Shown: one piece after another, positions 46,375 to 56,018 of the stretch | How positions within the stretch are numbered: position 1 is the first letter of the stretch | How the letters are laid out: every line of letters begins with the position of its first letter | NCBI GenBank assembly: GCA_965205975.1 | Contig: OZ242195.1 | Span: 3,360,001-3,424,000, forward strand | Reading direction: 5' to 3' | Source of the DNA: Candidatus Latescibacterota bacterium | GTDB taxonomy: Bacteria; Latescibacterota; UBA2968 | Length of the DNA stretch: 64,000 nucleotides | Program-made: the position numbers and the translations under genes | Notes under the pieces: model-generated | What the model saw: the letters and a program-made list of their open reading frames with translations, nothing else | The model's database searches: none | Told to the model about the DNA's origin: nothing

Positions 46375-48084
46375 CTATCCCCCAAGCTCAGCCAAAAAAT
46401 CTTCTGCGGAAAGTGCGTTGAGCACACCATCAGCCGTTAGACCACCCTTTCTGGCAATCCCCAGCCCAAAGCACATATCTTTTAACCCTTCGGTACTGTG
46501 GGCATCTGTATTAATCGGAATTTGCACACCCTTCTCCCGCGCATAAGATAAAAATCGCCAATCCAATTCCAACCGCGCGGGATTGGCATTGATCTCAATC
46601 GCCGTACGCGCCTCAGCCGCAGCATCAATCACAGCCTTCATATTGAGCGGATAGCCCTCACGGGACAATAACAAACGGCCTGATGGATGCCCCAAAATAT
46701 CGACATGGGGATTTTGAACCGCGCGAATCAACCGATCCGTAGCTTCTGTTTCAGTCATTGAAAACTTCGAATGCACAGACGCAACCACCAGATCAAACTC
46801 GGATAAAAATTCATCGTCAAAATCCAACCGCCCATCGCTCAAAATATCCACCTCAATACCCTTCAACACCCGAATACCCTCCACCGCATCGTTGACCCGA
46901 TCGATCTCATCCCACTGCAACCGAACGCGATCTTCATTCAGCCCATTGGCATAAGCCGCGGCCTTGCTGTGATCGCAAATACCGATATACGCATAACCCA
47001 GCACCTTTGCCGCCCGCGCCATATCCTCCACACTATGCCTTCCATCGCTATACGTCGTATGCACATGAAGCGTACCCTTCAGATCGGATTGCGCGACCAA
47101 CTCCGGAAACGGCGCTTGTGCCGCGCGTTCAATCTCATCCCGTCCCTCGCGCAACTCGGGCGGAATATAATGCAAACCCAACGCACCAAATAACGCGCGC
47201 TCATCGGCACAAACCGCATTTTCATCCCCCTTGAACAAACCGTATTCATTGAGCTTCATACCCCGGTCTTTTGCCCGCTGCCGCATCGCGGTATTGTGTT
47301 CTTTACTCCCCGTAAAATGGTGCAATGCATAGGGAAACGCCGCATCTGCCACAATCCTCAAATCCGCGCGCATGCCCGAATCCAGCACAACACTCACCTT
47401 TGTCTCGCCGCGCCCAGTAACCTCCGTCACACCGGGATACGCGACAAAAACCTCGGCAAGCGCGCCTCCGTCTTTCGCACTCGCGACAATATCCACATCT
47501 TTGCTCGTCTCCATACATCGCCGCACACTGCCCGCCACTGCCAGACGCATCACCCCAGACTGATCCGACAAATAAGCGTGCAAAGCCTCTGCTTCATCTC
47601 GCGCCGTGCGGCTCAAAAAACGCCCGCGGTGTTGCTGCAAATAAGACACCCCTCGCAAAATACTCTCAGCGGTCTTCTTCCCGAACCCGCGCAACTTTTC
47701 GATCTCACCCGCCTCGCATGCTTTTGCGAGCGCATCCACATCGGCAATACCCAATTGCTCGTAGATAGACCGCACCCGCTTCGCGCCCAAACCGGGCACC
47801 TCAATCATCTCCAACAACCCTTCGGGCAGAGCGGAACGCAAATCGCCCACGCCCGGCAACTGCCCCGTCTCAATAAGTATGGCAATATTTTGCGCCATCT
47901 TCGCACCAATACCGCGCACAGATTCCAATTCACCGCGCGCGCTCAAATCCGAAGCAGCCTCTTGCAACAGCTCAATCTGTCGCGCTGCATTGACATAAGA
48001 CCGAATGCGAAACGCATTCTCGCCATTCAGTTCCATCAGCGTGGTCATCTCTTCCAATGCCGCGGCAATATCTTTATTATCCAT
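46375..48084 (-). CDS. polX: DNA polymerase X with PHP domain
   Basis: GENAFRIRSY, AGSVRR..ETSKDVD, RADLR, FTGSKEHN, LNEYGL; PHP motifs HVHTTYSDG, DHS, GIEVDI, GHP, NTDAH. Confidence 0.95.
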   Translation of the reverse strand: MDNKDIAAALEEMTTLMELNGENAFRIRSYVNAARQIELLQEAASDLSARGELESVRGIGAKMAQNIAILIETGQLPGVGDLRSALPEGLLEMIEVPGLGAKRVRSIYEQLGIADVDALAKACEAGEIEKLRGFGKKTAESILRGVSYLQQHRGRFLSRTARDEAEALHAYLSDQSGVMRLAVAGSVRRCMETSKDVDIVASAKDGGALAEVFVAYPGVTEVTGRGETKVSVVLDSGMRADLRIVADAAFPYALHHFTGSKEHNTAMRQRAKDRGMKLNEYGLFKGDENAVCADERALFGALGLHYIPPELREGRDEIERAAQAPFPELVAQSDLKGTLHVHTTYSDGRHSVEDMARAAKVLGYAYIGICDHSKAAAYANGLNEDRVRLQWDEIDRVNDAVEGIRVLKGIEVDILSDGRLDFDDEFLSEFDLVVASVHSKFSMTETEATDRLIRAVQNPHVDILGHPSGRLLLSREGYPLNMKAVIDAAAEARTAIEINANPARLELDWRFLSYAREKGVQIPINTDAHSTEGLKDMCFGLGIARKGGLTADGVLNALSAEDFLAELGG

Positions 48085-48193
48085 CAAAACCACCGGGAAA
48101 TGTAGTGGACATTTAATAATTCACATGGTTATTTTAACTTCAATCGCCTGCGTCAAATTTTGGAGAATATAGATACAGAATGGAGCTAAGTCA

Positions 48194-49222
48194 ATGAACC
48201 AAATCACAAAAATCGCCATCGTCGGACTGGGGCGCATCGGCTGGCGATTTCACTTTCAGCAAGCCCTCTCATCCGACCAATTCGAACTCACCGCCGTTGT
48301 CGATCCCCTGCCCGAACGCTTATCCGAAGCACAGGCAGCAGCGGGTTGTGAAACCCACACCGATTTTGAATCGCTCTGGTCCGGCCCATTGCCCGACGTG
48401 GTCGCCATTGCCACGCCGACCACATTGCACGAAGACATGACCATTCGCGCCCTCAACGAAGGGTGTCACGTCATCCTCGAAAAACCCATGACCACCTCCC
48501 TCGCCTCGGCAGATCGCATGATCGCCCAGGCAGAAAAAAATAACCGCCGCATCTTTCTCTATCAACCCCACCGCCTCACACCCGAAACACAAACCGCGCG
48601 AGAAATTATTCAAAGCGACAAACTGGGACCTATCTACGCCATACACCGGGGCGTATATCGCTATGTGCGCCGAAACGACTGGCAGAGCTTGCGGAAAAAC
48701 GGCGGCGGCATGCTCAACAACTACGGCGCGCATTACCTCGACCAGCTCATCTATCTCTCGGACGACTCGGCAATCACAGAAGTCGATTGCAAACGCTGGG
48801 CAATAGCCACCCGCGGCGACGCCGACGACGTGGTCAAAGCCTGGGTAAAAAAAGAATCTGGACAACTCTTAGACGTGCATATCAATCAGGCCACTGCGCA
48901 CATCATGCCCCTCTGGCATATCTGTGGGAAATACGGCACAGCCATCCGCGAAGACAACGTATTCAAAGTACGATATTACGACCCCGCAGAAGCGCCCCCG
49001 CTAAACGTCGTCGAAGGCGCGGCACCCGAACGCAGCTACGACAATAAGGACCGATTGCCCTGGCGGGAAGAAGACATCCCCATTACCCGGGACAAACAGC
49101 GCGACTTCTACGCCAACATCCATGACGTAATCGTCAACAACGCCACGCCCTATATACGCATAGAAGAATCGCGCGAACTCATGCGCGTCATGGAATTATG
49201 CCGCCAGAGTGCCAAATTTTGA
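48194..49222 (+). CDS. Gfo/Idh/MocA family oxidoreductase
   Basis: VGLGRIG, IATPTTLH, LEKPM, GGGMLNNYGAHYLD. Confidence 0.9.
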   Translation: MNQITKIAIVGLGRIGWRFHFQQALSSDQFELTAVVDPLPERLSEAQAAAGCETHTDFESLWSGPLPDVVAIATPTTLHEDMTIRALNEGCHVILEKPMTTSLASADRMIAQAEKNNRRIFLYQPHRLTPETQTAREIIQSDKLGPIYAIHRGVYRYVRRNDWQSLRKNGGGMLNNYGAHYLDQLIYLSDDSAITEVDCKRWAIATRGDADDVVKAWVKKESGQLLDVHINQATAHIMPLWHICGKYGTAIREDNVFKVRYYDPAEAPPLNVVEGAAPERSYDNKDRLPWREEDIPITRDKQRDFYANIHDVIVNNATPYIRIEESRELMRVMELCRQSAKF

Positions 49223-49247
49223 TTCCGCATCTATCTGCTTTCATCCG

Positions 49248-49309
49248 ACGGGCAGGCACGAGGCACTGCCCCTACATTCATCTGCGTACATCTGCGTACA
49301 TCTGCGGAT
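49248..49309. repeat. REP variant plus CATCTGCGTA decamer x3
   Basis: ACGGGCAGGCACGAGGCACTGCCCCTACATT followed by CATCTGCGTA CATCTGCGTA CATCTGCGGAT; same order as 33304-33354. Confidence 0.8.
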
Positions 49310-49329
49310 AATAACCGAAGGAGCACATA

Positions 49330-50214
49330 ATGGTCCCTCTCATCAGCAGCCTCGCCTATGGCCCGCTCGGCGCGTGTCAATTGCCCCGCACCTGGTGGAA
49401 AGTACTCACGCGCAACGCCGGTATATTAGACGACGAATATCCCGACATGACGGATAATGGCCTCGACCCCCGTGTACTGCGCGCATTGAATCTGGATATC
49501 GAAACCACATTGGCCTACTTGCGCGAAAACATGCCCTCGTACCTCGACTTTGAAGCCTGGGTCCTCCAGCAAAAAGGCGACGACTTCTGGGGCTTTGAAC
49601 AGCAAGACGCCATCGTCCGATGGAATGCCTTTATCCGCGCACGACGACACCGATCGGATAAAATCGAAGAAACGTACACAGATACGGGCCTGTCGCAGGA
49701 TGCGGGCATTGATTCTGCAACCTTACTCAACTGCCTTCAGGATATGCAGTTATTTTACAAGCGCGACCTGCCCGAACTCAGCGGAAACATCGTCCCACTC
49801 ATCGCCACAATCGACTTCGGACCTCTCGGCGTGCGCCAGTTGCCCCGCACCTGGTACAAAATTCTCCTTAAAGCAAAAGGACTGCTACACCCCGACTATC
49901 CCGACATGACGGATAGTGGTCTCGACCCTCGCGTACTGCACGCATTAAATCTGGACATCGACGCCACATTAAACCACATCCGCACAAATCTGCCATCCTA
50001 TCTCGAATTTGAAGGCTGGGTGCTCGAACAGTGCGGCGGTCAAATCCCCGCGCAAGCCGTTGACGAATGGAATGACTACCTGTGCAACCGCATCCACAAC
50101 GACGCCAAACGCGCAGAAATCCGCGCAACCGTGGGATGTGGCGACATATCCTCAGCCGTCGTGCTCAATCACATCGAAGACTGGCATCTGGCACACCAGT
50201 GGCTCTCAATGTGA
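49330..50214 (+). CDS. Protein with two tandem DUF5069-like domains
   Basis: Internal duplication: VPLI..GPLG..QLPRTW.K...YPDMTD.GLDPRVL.ALNLDI...PSYL.FE.WV occurs twice. Confidence 0.7.
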   Translation: MVPLISSLAYGPLGACQLPRTWWKVLTRNAGILDDEYPDMTDNGLDPRVLRALNLDIETTLAYLRENMPSYLDFEAWVLQQKGDDFWGFEQQDAIVRWNAFIRARRHRSDKIEETYTDTGLSQDAGIDSATLLNCLQDMQLFYKRDLPELSGNIVPLIATIDFGPLGVRQLPRTWYKILLKAKGLLHPDYPDMTDSGLDPRVLHALNLDIDATLNHIRTNLPSYLEFEGWVLEQCGGQIPAQAVDEWNDYLCNRIHNDAKRAEIRATVGCGDISSAVVLNHIEDWHLAHQWLSM

Positions 50215-50228
50215 AAAGGAAAAAAACA

Positions 50229-51338
50229 ATGCCCATCGAACTCGGCGAATTGTCCAATGGCGTGGCACTCACACAGGTGACCACAGACACGCTTGACAAA
50301 TCCAACATCTACTGCGAACTGCCCTACTGCTCTGCTGACTCGCGCGTCTTTGTCTATGAGCAGAAAAATTCAGACACCGCGCCCAATACCACCGAATATA
50401 TCGCCTGTGAATTTGGCACATGGGAAACCGAAATAATCGGTCGCGGTCTGGGCGGACCTGGCATGACCCACAGCGGCATCTTCTTCTATAAGCGCGTCAT
50501 ACCCAACAAATGCCAGGAACTCGTGCGCGTTGACCTTCGCACGGGCACACAGCGCGTCATCCATGAATTTCCCGAAGACCTTCAAACGCGCGGCCTGGGC
50601 ACCCTATCGCCCGATGAACGCTATTACGCCTATGGCGTCACCATCAGCTATCACCCCAAAATGTTTGGCATAGAACTCGTCGATCTCGAAAAGGGAACGC
50701 GAGAAATCATCAACACCGACCCCGACATCTGCAATCCCCACACGCAATTTGAACCCACAGAAGGCAAACAAATCATGGTTCAGCACAACCGGGGCTGCGA
50801 ATTTAAACCCGACGGCACCCGCCTCAAACTCGTCGGCGACGAAGGCGCCACCGAATACCTCGTCGATATACCCGACGGCAAAGTCACGCGCCTTCAGGTC
50901 GGACTACCCCATACGCCGAGCATCACGGGCCATGAAGCCTGGATCGCGGGCGCAAATGAAATCCTCCTATCCGTCCGCGCCGAAGGCGAGTACGCACCCG
51001 ACAAGGGCAACCTCGTCAAAGTATCCGCAGACAAACCCCCAGAGCGCGTCGGCACGCCGGGCTATCGCTTCAACCACGTCGGCACCTCTCCGTGTGGTCA
51101 ATACTTCTTCTGCGACGACTGGCAGGGTGCCAGCAAACTCGTCGTCGGCAATATCCAGACCGGCAAAACCGCGGTTGTATGCGAAGCCCATACATCCATG
51201 AGCACCGCGCAAAACACACACGGGCATCCCTATCTCTCGCCCGACCTCAAATGGCTCGTCTTCAACTCCGACCGCTCGGGTCATCCTCAAATCCACGTCG
51301 CATCCGTGCCTTCTGATCTTATTGCACAGTTGAACTAA
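50229..51338 (+). CDS. Oligogalacturonate lyase-like beta-propeller protein
   Basis: VALTQVT..IYCELPY; HTQFEP; GHEAW; C-terminal HGHPYLSPDLKWLVFNSDRSG. Confidence 0.7.
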   Translation: MPIELGELSNGVALTQVTTDTLDKSNIYCELPYCSADSRVFVYEQKNSDTAPNTTEYIACEFGTWETEIIGRGLGGPGMTHSGIFFYKRVIPNKCQELVRVDLRTGTQRVIHEFPEDLQTRGLGTLSPDERYYAYGVTISYHPKMFGIELVDLEKGTREIINTDPDICNPHTQFEPTEGKQIMVQHNRGCEFKPDGTRLKLVGDEGATEYLVDIPDGKVTRLQVGLPHTPSITGHEAWIAGANEILLSVRAEGEYAPDKGNLVKVSADKPPERVGTPGYRFNHVGTSPCGQYFFCDDWQGASKLVVGNIQTGKTAVVCEAHTSMSTAQNTHGHPYLSPDLKWLVFNSDRSGHPQIHVASVPSDLIAQLN

Positions 51339-51364
51339 ATAACCCATAACCAAAAGGAGTACAC

Positions 51365-52768
51365 ATGAGTGAAAGACCCAATATCCTATTTATCATGACC
51401 GATGATCATGCATCGCATGCCATGAGTTGTTATAACAGCCGGATTAACGAAACGCCCAACCTGGACCGCATCGCCGAAGGCGGCATGCGCTTTAACAATT
51501 GCTTTTGCACCAACTCGATCTGCGCGCCGAGCCGGGCGGTAATCTTGACCGGCACGTACAATCACATCAACGGCGTAACCACATTGCGCACAAACCTGGA
51601 CGGACGACAGGTCACATTTCCCAAACTCCTGCAAGCCGCGGGATACCAGACTGCAATGGTAGGCAAATGGCATCTCGGGCACGGCGGACACAACGACCCC
51701 ACCGGATTTGACTACTGGAACGTACTCCCCGGCCAGGGCGCGTATCACAACCCCATGATGTACGACATGGGCAAAGAAGTACACTACGAGGGATATACCA
51801 CAGACATCATAACCGACCTCGCACTGGACTGGTTAAAAGACCGCGACAAAAACAGACCCTTCATGCTCCTGTATCACCACAAAGCGCCCCATCGCCCCTG
51901 GGAGCCGGATGACAAACACGCGGACATGTACGAAGACATCGACATCCCGGAACCCGAAACCCTGTGGGACGACTACAGCAACCGCGCCACAGCCGCATCG
52001 CAGGCCGAAATGCGCGTCAACCGCGACCTGAACCCCCGCGACCTGAAACAACCCGTACCCGAAGGCTTGAGTCCCGAAGAAGACATGCGGTGGAAATACC
52101 AGCGCTATATCAAAGACTACCTGCGCTGCGTGGCATCCGTCGATGACAACGTCGGCCGCGTACTGGACTACCTGGATGAAGAAGACCTGACGGACAACAC
52201 CATCGTCGTCTATACATCGGACCAGGGCTTTTACCTCGGCGACCACGGCTGGTACGACAAACGCTTTATGTACGAAGAATCCCTCCGCATGCCATTCCTC
52301 ATTCGGTACCCCAAAGAAATCAAACCCGGCAGTGTCTGCGACGACATGATCCTCAACGTAGATTTCGCATCCACATTCCTGGACTACGCCGGCATAAACA
52401 TCCCCAGCCATTTTCAGGGACACAGCATGCGCCCCCTGTTAAATGGCGACCGACCCGCCTACTGGCGCACCTCAATGTATTACCGGTATTGGATGCACCT
52501 GAACGGACACAATATTTACGCGCACTACGGAGTCAGAACGCATCGACACAAACTCATCTACTATTACGCCGACGGATGTGGGCAGGAAGGCGCCTCGGAC
52601 GACGCCCGAGAACCAGAGTGGGAATTATTTGACCTGGACAAAGACCCGTATGAATTGAACAGCGTCTATCACAACCCGGAATACGCAGAAATAGTCGCCG
52701 AACTAAAAGACGAACTCCACCGCTTGCAGGACGAAGTGGGAGATGAGCGATACGAAAAAGACGTATAA
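51365..52768 (+). CDS. Sulfatase (Cys-type, N-acetylglucosamine-6-sulfatase-like)
   Basis: [53 protein letters not shown]. Confidence 0.93.
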   Translation: MSERPNILFIMTDDHASHAMSCYNSRINETPNLDRIAEGGMRFNNCFCTNSICAPSRAVILTGTYNHINGVTTLRTNLDGRQVTFPKLLQAAGYQTAMVGKWHLGHGGHNDPTGFDYWNVLPGQGAYHNPMMYDMGKEVHYEGYTTDIITDLALDWLKDRDKNRPFMLLYHHKAPHRPWEPDDKHADMYEDIDIPEPETLWDDYSNRATAASQAEMRVNRDLNPRDLKQPVPEGLSPEEDMRWKYQRYIKDYLRCVASVDDNVGRVLDYLDEEDLTDNTIVVYTSDQGFYLGDHGWYDKRFMYEESLRMPFLIRYPKEIKPGSVCDDMILNVDFASTFLDYAGINIPSHFQGHSMRPLLNGDRPAYWRTSMYYRYWMHLNGHNIYAHYGVRTHRHKLIYYYADGCGQEGASDDAREPEWELFDLDKDPYELNSVYHNPEYAEIVAELKDELHRLQDEVGDERYEKDV

Positions 52769-52780
52769 GAGGAGCGACTA

Positions 52781-54127
52781 ATGCCGAATGTCGTATTCAT
52801 CATGACCGACAATCAGGGGGCATGGACCCTGGGATGTTATGGCAATCCGGATATTCGAACCCCCAACATCGACAGACTCGCAAACGAGGGAATTCGGTTC
52901 TCAAACGCCTATTGCGTAAACTCGGTTTGCTCGCCCAGCCGCGCCACATTTATGACCGGACTGATCCCCTCCCAGCACGGCGTACACTGTTACCTCGGCG
53001 GAGAAAGACCAGATGCACAGATGGGGCCAGACGCGTACTGCACCATTCGCGAATTCGCAAACCTCCCCCGCGCAATGGCAGATGCGGGCTATGTATGCGG
53101 ACTGAGCGGAAAATGGCACCTGGGAGACAGCCTGCGGCCCCAGGAGGGATTTTCATACTGGTTTACCCGACCAAAGGGACACACCACGACATTTTACGAC
53201 GACGAATGGATCTGGCAGAACCGGGTTTACACAGAACCGCGATACACAACCGAAGCCATAACAGAACACGCCCTAAAATTCCTGCGACAAAACCACCACC
53301 AGCCGTTCTTTCTCTATGTCGCGTACAACGGTCCCTACGGCCTGGGAAAAAGCATGCTGGAAACACATCTCAACCGGCATACCGAATATTACGCGGACAA
53401 AGAACTGCCGAGTTTCCCCAGAGAGCCAGTGCATCCCTGGTTACGCAGCAACCGGGACATGATCAACAACCCGGTGAGCATTCGCGGATATGCCGCAGCG
53501 GTAAGCGGAGTAGATGACGGGGTAGGCGAAATAACAAACGCCTTAAAAGAATACGGCCTGGAAGAAGACACCCTGGTAATTTTTACAGCAGATCAGGGCT
53601 GGTGTGGCGGGCACCACGGAATGTGGGGCATGGGAGACCACTCCCGCCCCCTGCACACTTATGAAGAAACCATTCACATTCCACTGATATTCCGCCAGCC
53701 CGGACGGATACCAGCGGGCAGAGTATTTGAAGGGCGAACATGCAACTACGATTTTTTCCCATCCGTACTGGACCATCTGGAATTGCAGGATCGGATCGCC
53801 CACAATCCCAATCTCCCAGGCGCGAGTTATGCCCCAGCACTTTTGGGAGAGGAAATGGCGTGGGATAATGAGATCTTCCACGAATTTGAAAACACGCGCA
53901 TGGTGCGAAATGACCGCTGGAAATACACCTGGCGCCATCCAGATGGCCCGGATGAACTATACGACATGCAGGCAGACCCGGAAGAACGCAACAACCTGGC
54001 GAATAATTCCCACGCAAACATCATCAACGAATGTCGCAACCGCATCCAGAACTTCTTTGACCAGTATGCAGACCCCCAGTACGATCTGTGGCGCGGGGGA
54101 CGCTCCAAAGCGGGACGAATCGGATAA
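52781..54127 (+). CDS. Sulfatase (Cys-type)
   Basis: PNVVFIMTDNQ, CSPSRATFMTG, GKWHLG, ADQG. Confidence 0.92.
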   Translation: MPNVVFIMTDNQGAWTLGCYGNPDIRTPNIDRLANEGIRFSNAYCVNSVCSPSRATFMTGLIPSQHGVHCYLGGERPDAQMGPDAYCTIREFANLPRAMADAGYVCGLSGKWHLGDSLRPQEGFSYWFTRPKGHTTTFYDDEWIWQNRVYTEPRYTTEAITEHALKFLRQNHHQPFFLYVAYNGPYGLGKSMLETHLNRHTEYYADKELPSFPREPVHPWLRSNRDMINNPVSIRGYAAAVSGVDDGVGEITNALKEYGLEEDTLVIFTADQGWCGGHHGMWGMGDHSRPLHTYEETIHIPLIFRQPGRIPAGRVFEGRTCNYDFFPSVLDHLELQDRIAHNPNLPGASYAPALLGEEMAWDNEIFHEFENTRMVRNDRWKYTWRHPDGPDELYDMQADPEERNNLANNSHANIINECRNRIQNFFDQYADPQYDLWRGGRSKAGRIG

Positions 54128-54132
54128 CGGAA

Positions 54133-55302
54133 CTATTCCTCCCAAATCAGTGCCAGCGCGCCCGTATAGCTATGCACAAAATTGCGCCCGCCCACAGGTG
54201 CCAGTTCCGAATTGCCAAAAAAGCCAGCCATCGGAAAAGCGCCCAGGTGTTTTCGAATCACCAGAACATCGTGATCGGGTTGTCCGTAAAGCCCAAATCC
54301 GCGTCCCCTACAGTTAAAATACAAACCACACGTATTGGACGGACGCCCGACAGACTGTCGCAACTCCTGCATCACCTTCACCATATCTTCATGTCCTGCA
54401 TGGGGTGTACGCCTATTAAATTGAATAGTCTGTCCCACAGACACCTGTTCATTAACCGCAATCGCGCCCGACTGCTCGTCGATATGCGTTAAACTGCGAA
54501 TTAAAAAATCGCCTCGCCCCCGTTCAATTGCGTATTCATCCATCGCCAGACCCACAAAAATATTGTAGCGCAAATCGGCCTTTTCCTCTGCCGAAAGCGT
54601 ATTGAGCGCCTCCTTCAGCGCATCCACAGCCGGAACAAATGCAATCTGTTGAATCACATTGCCCTCGGCTCTGGTAATCGCATAAGCCTGCCCAAACGGT
54701 TGGCAACCTTGTGCCACCCCCGTAGCCACCTTTACTCCGGACAGCAACGCCCCCACCACGCCGTGTTCACCAATCCACCGTCCACACCATTGCAATGTCT
54801 GCGGCGATGCTGATCCCCACGGATTGCCCGATGCGACGCCCCCCACAACGGGCACATCGCCAGCCATCTCGGCAATCTGTTCCAGACAAATCGCCGGATT
54901 GGAATAAATCCCACACATAAGCACCAGCAACGCATCCTCTGTTCCCTGGGCTGCCACGCGCTCGCCAATCATAACCCCGGCATCGGCGCCCTCTGCCACA
55001 AAAGGTGTCACCTCGAGATGATCTCCGCCCAAAACCAGCACCGCCACCCCAGGCTCGCGATCATTTTCTCGGGCATCTGTCAAAACCCCCATGCCACTAC
55101 ATCCAAACACAGCCTCTGTCTGCACCCGATCGATAACAACATCCACCATAGCAGCCGCATCGCCCATGTGGTGATAGGTCAAAAAAAGAAACGCAGCATC
55201 AACCGCAACATCGCCCAGCCCCTTCATCGCTTCTGACAAAGCGGCCTCAACAGCGTACATGCCCTCGGCTTCATTTGAATGTCCAGCCCCGGATCGCAGC
55301 AT
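54133..55302 (-). CDS. FIST N/C domain signal-transduction protein
   Basis: GCSGMGV, VVGGVASG, VAQGCQPFG, GDFLIR, FNCRGRG, GFFGNSEL..VGGRNFVHSYT. Confidence 0.88.
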   Translation of the reverse strand: MLRSGAGHSNEAEGMYAVEAALSEAMKGLGDVAVDAAFLFLTYHHMGDAAAMVDVVIDRVQTEAVFGCSGMGVLTDARENDREPGVAVLVLGGDHLEVTPFVAEGADAGVMIGERVAAQGTEDALLVLMCGIYSNPAICLEQIAEMAGDVPVVGGVASGNPWGSASPQTLQWCGRWIGEHGVVGALLSGVKVATGVAQGCQPFGQAYAITRAEGNVIQQIAFVPAVDALKEALNTLSAEEKADLRYNIFVGLAMDEYAIERGRGDFLIRSLTHIDEQSGAIAVNEQVSVGQTIQFNRRTPHAGHEDMVKVMQELRQSVGRPSNTCGLYFNCRGRGFGLYGQPDHDVLVIRKHLGAFPMAGFFGNSELAPVGGRNFVHSYTGALALIWEE

Positions 55303-55532
55303 ATTTTCCCCACGGCAAAAACGACTTCTAAAAATATTTCATGCAATATAGAGGCAAAAAATCGCAGATCAAACAATTTCCGAACCGATCTTTTTGAGCA
55401 GATGTATTGGATTTGCTCTCTATGCTATATTACTATAACAATACTTGCCACACACATGTAAATACCTTATATTAAATTGCTCTAAAATTATACCTCCAAA
55501 TCCCTCTAAAATCACCCCAAAGAGCCTTCCCA

Positions 55533-56000
55533 ATGGATCTGAATTACAGTCTCCACAACGACACAGTAAAACACGTTGATCTCTCCTTTTATGTCGAAGT
55601 ACAAAAAGACCATCCCGTTGATCAGGTCATCGCCAAAATGCAGAATAGTCAGCGCAAATGCGCGCTGGTCATGGACCAGGGCAAACTAATCGGCATCTTT
55701 ACAGCACACGATATTGCCCGCCGCGTAATCAACCAATCCGAAGTAATCAACGAGCCTATAGAAGCAATCATGACCCCCGATCCGCTCACCCTGAAATCGG
55801 ATATCACACTGATCAAAGCCATCCGATTTATGAGCGATAAGCCCCACCGATACATGCCCGTTGTAGATGCAGAAGGACGCGTATTGGGCACACTGACACA
55901 CTATGCCATCATCAAATACATGAGCGATCATTTCCCAGAAGAAATCTACAACTTACCGCCAACCCCCGACCACTTTGCCAGTGCTCGGGATGGTGCCTAA
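55533..56000 (+). CDS. Stand-alone CBS-pair protein
   Basis: ALVMDQGKLIGIFTAHD..MTPDP..RYMPVVDAEGRVLG. Confidence 0.88.
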   Translation: MDLNYSLHNDTVKHVDLSFYVEVQKDHPVDQVIAKMQNSQRKCALVMDQGKLIGIFTAHDIARRVINQSEVINEPIEAIMTPDPLTLKSDITLIKAIRFMSDKPHRYMPVVDAEGRVLGTLTHYAIIKYMSDHFPEEIYNLPPTPDHFASARDGA

Positions 56001-56018
56001 AATACTTCAGGAGGATTT

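Noticed and set aside
46375..48084. Catalytically dead (altered) PolX
   Set aside because: The DVD pair and the third Asp (RADLR) are present, so it looks canonical.
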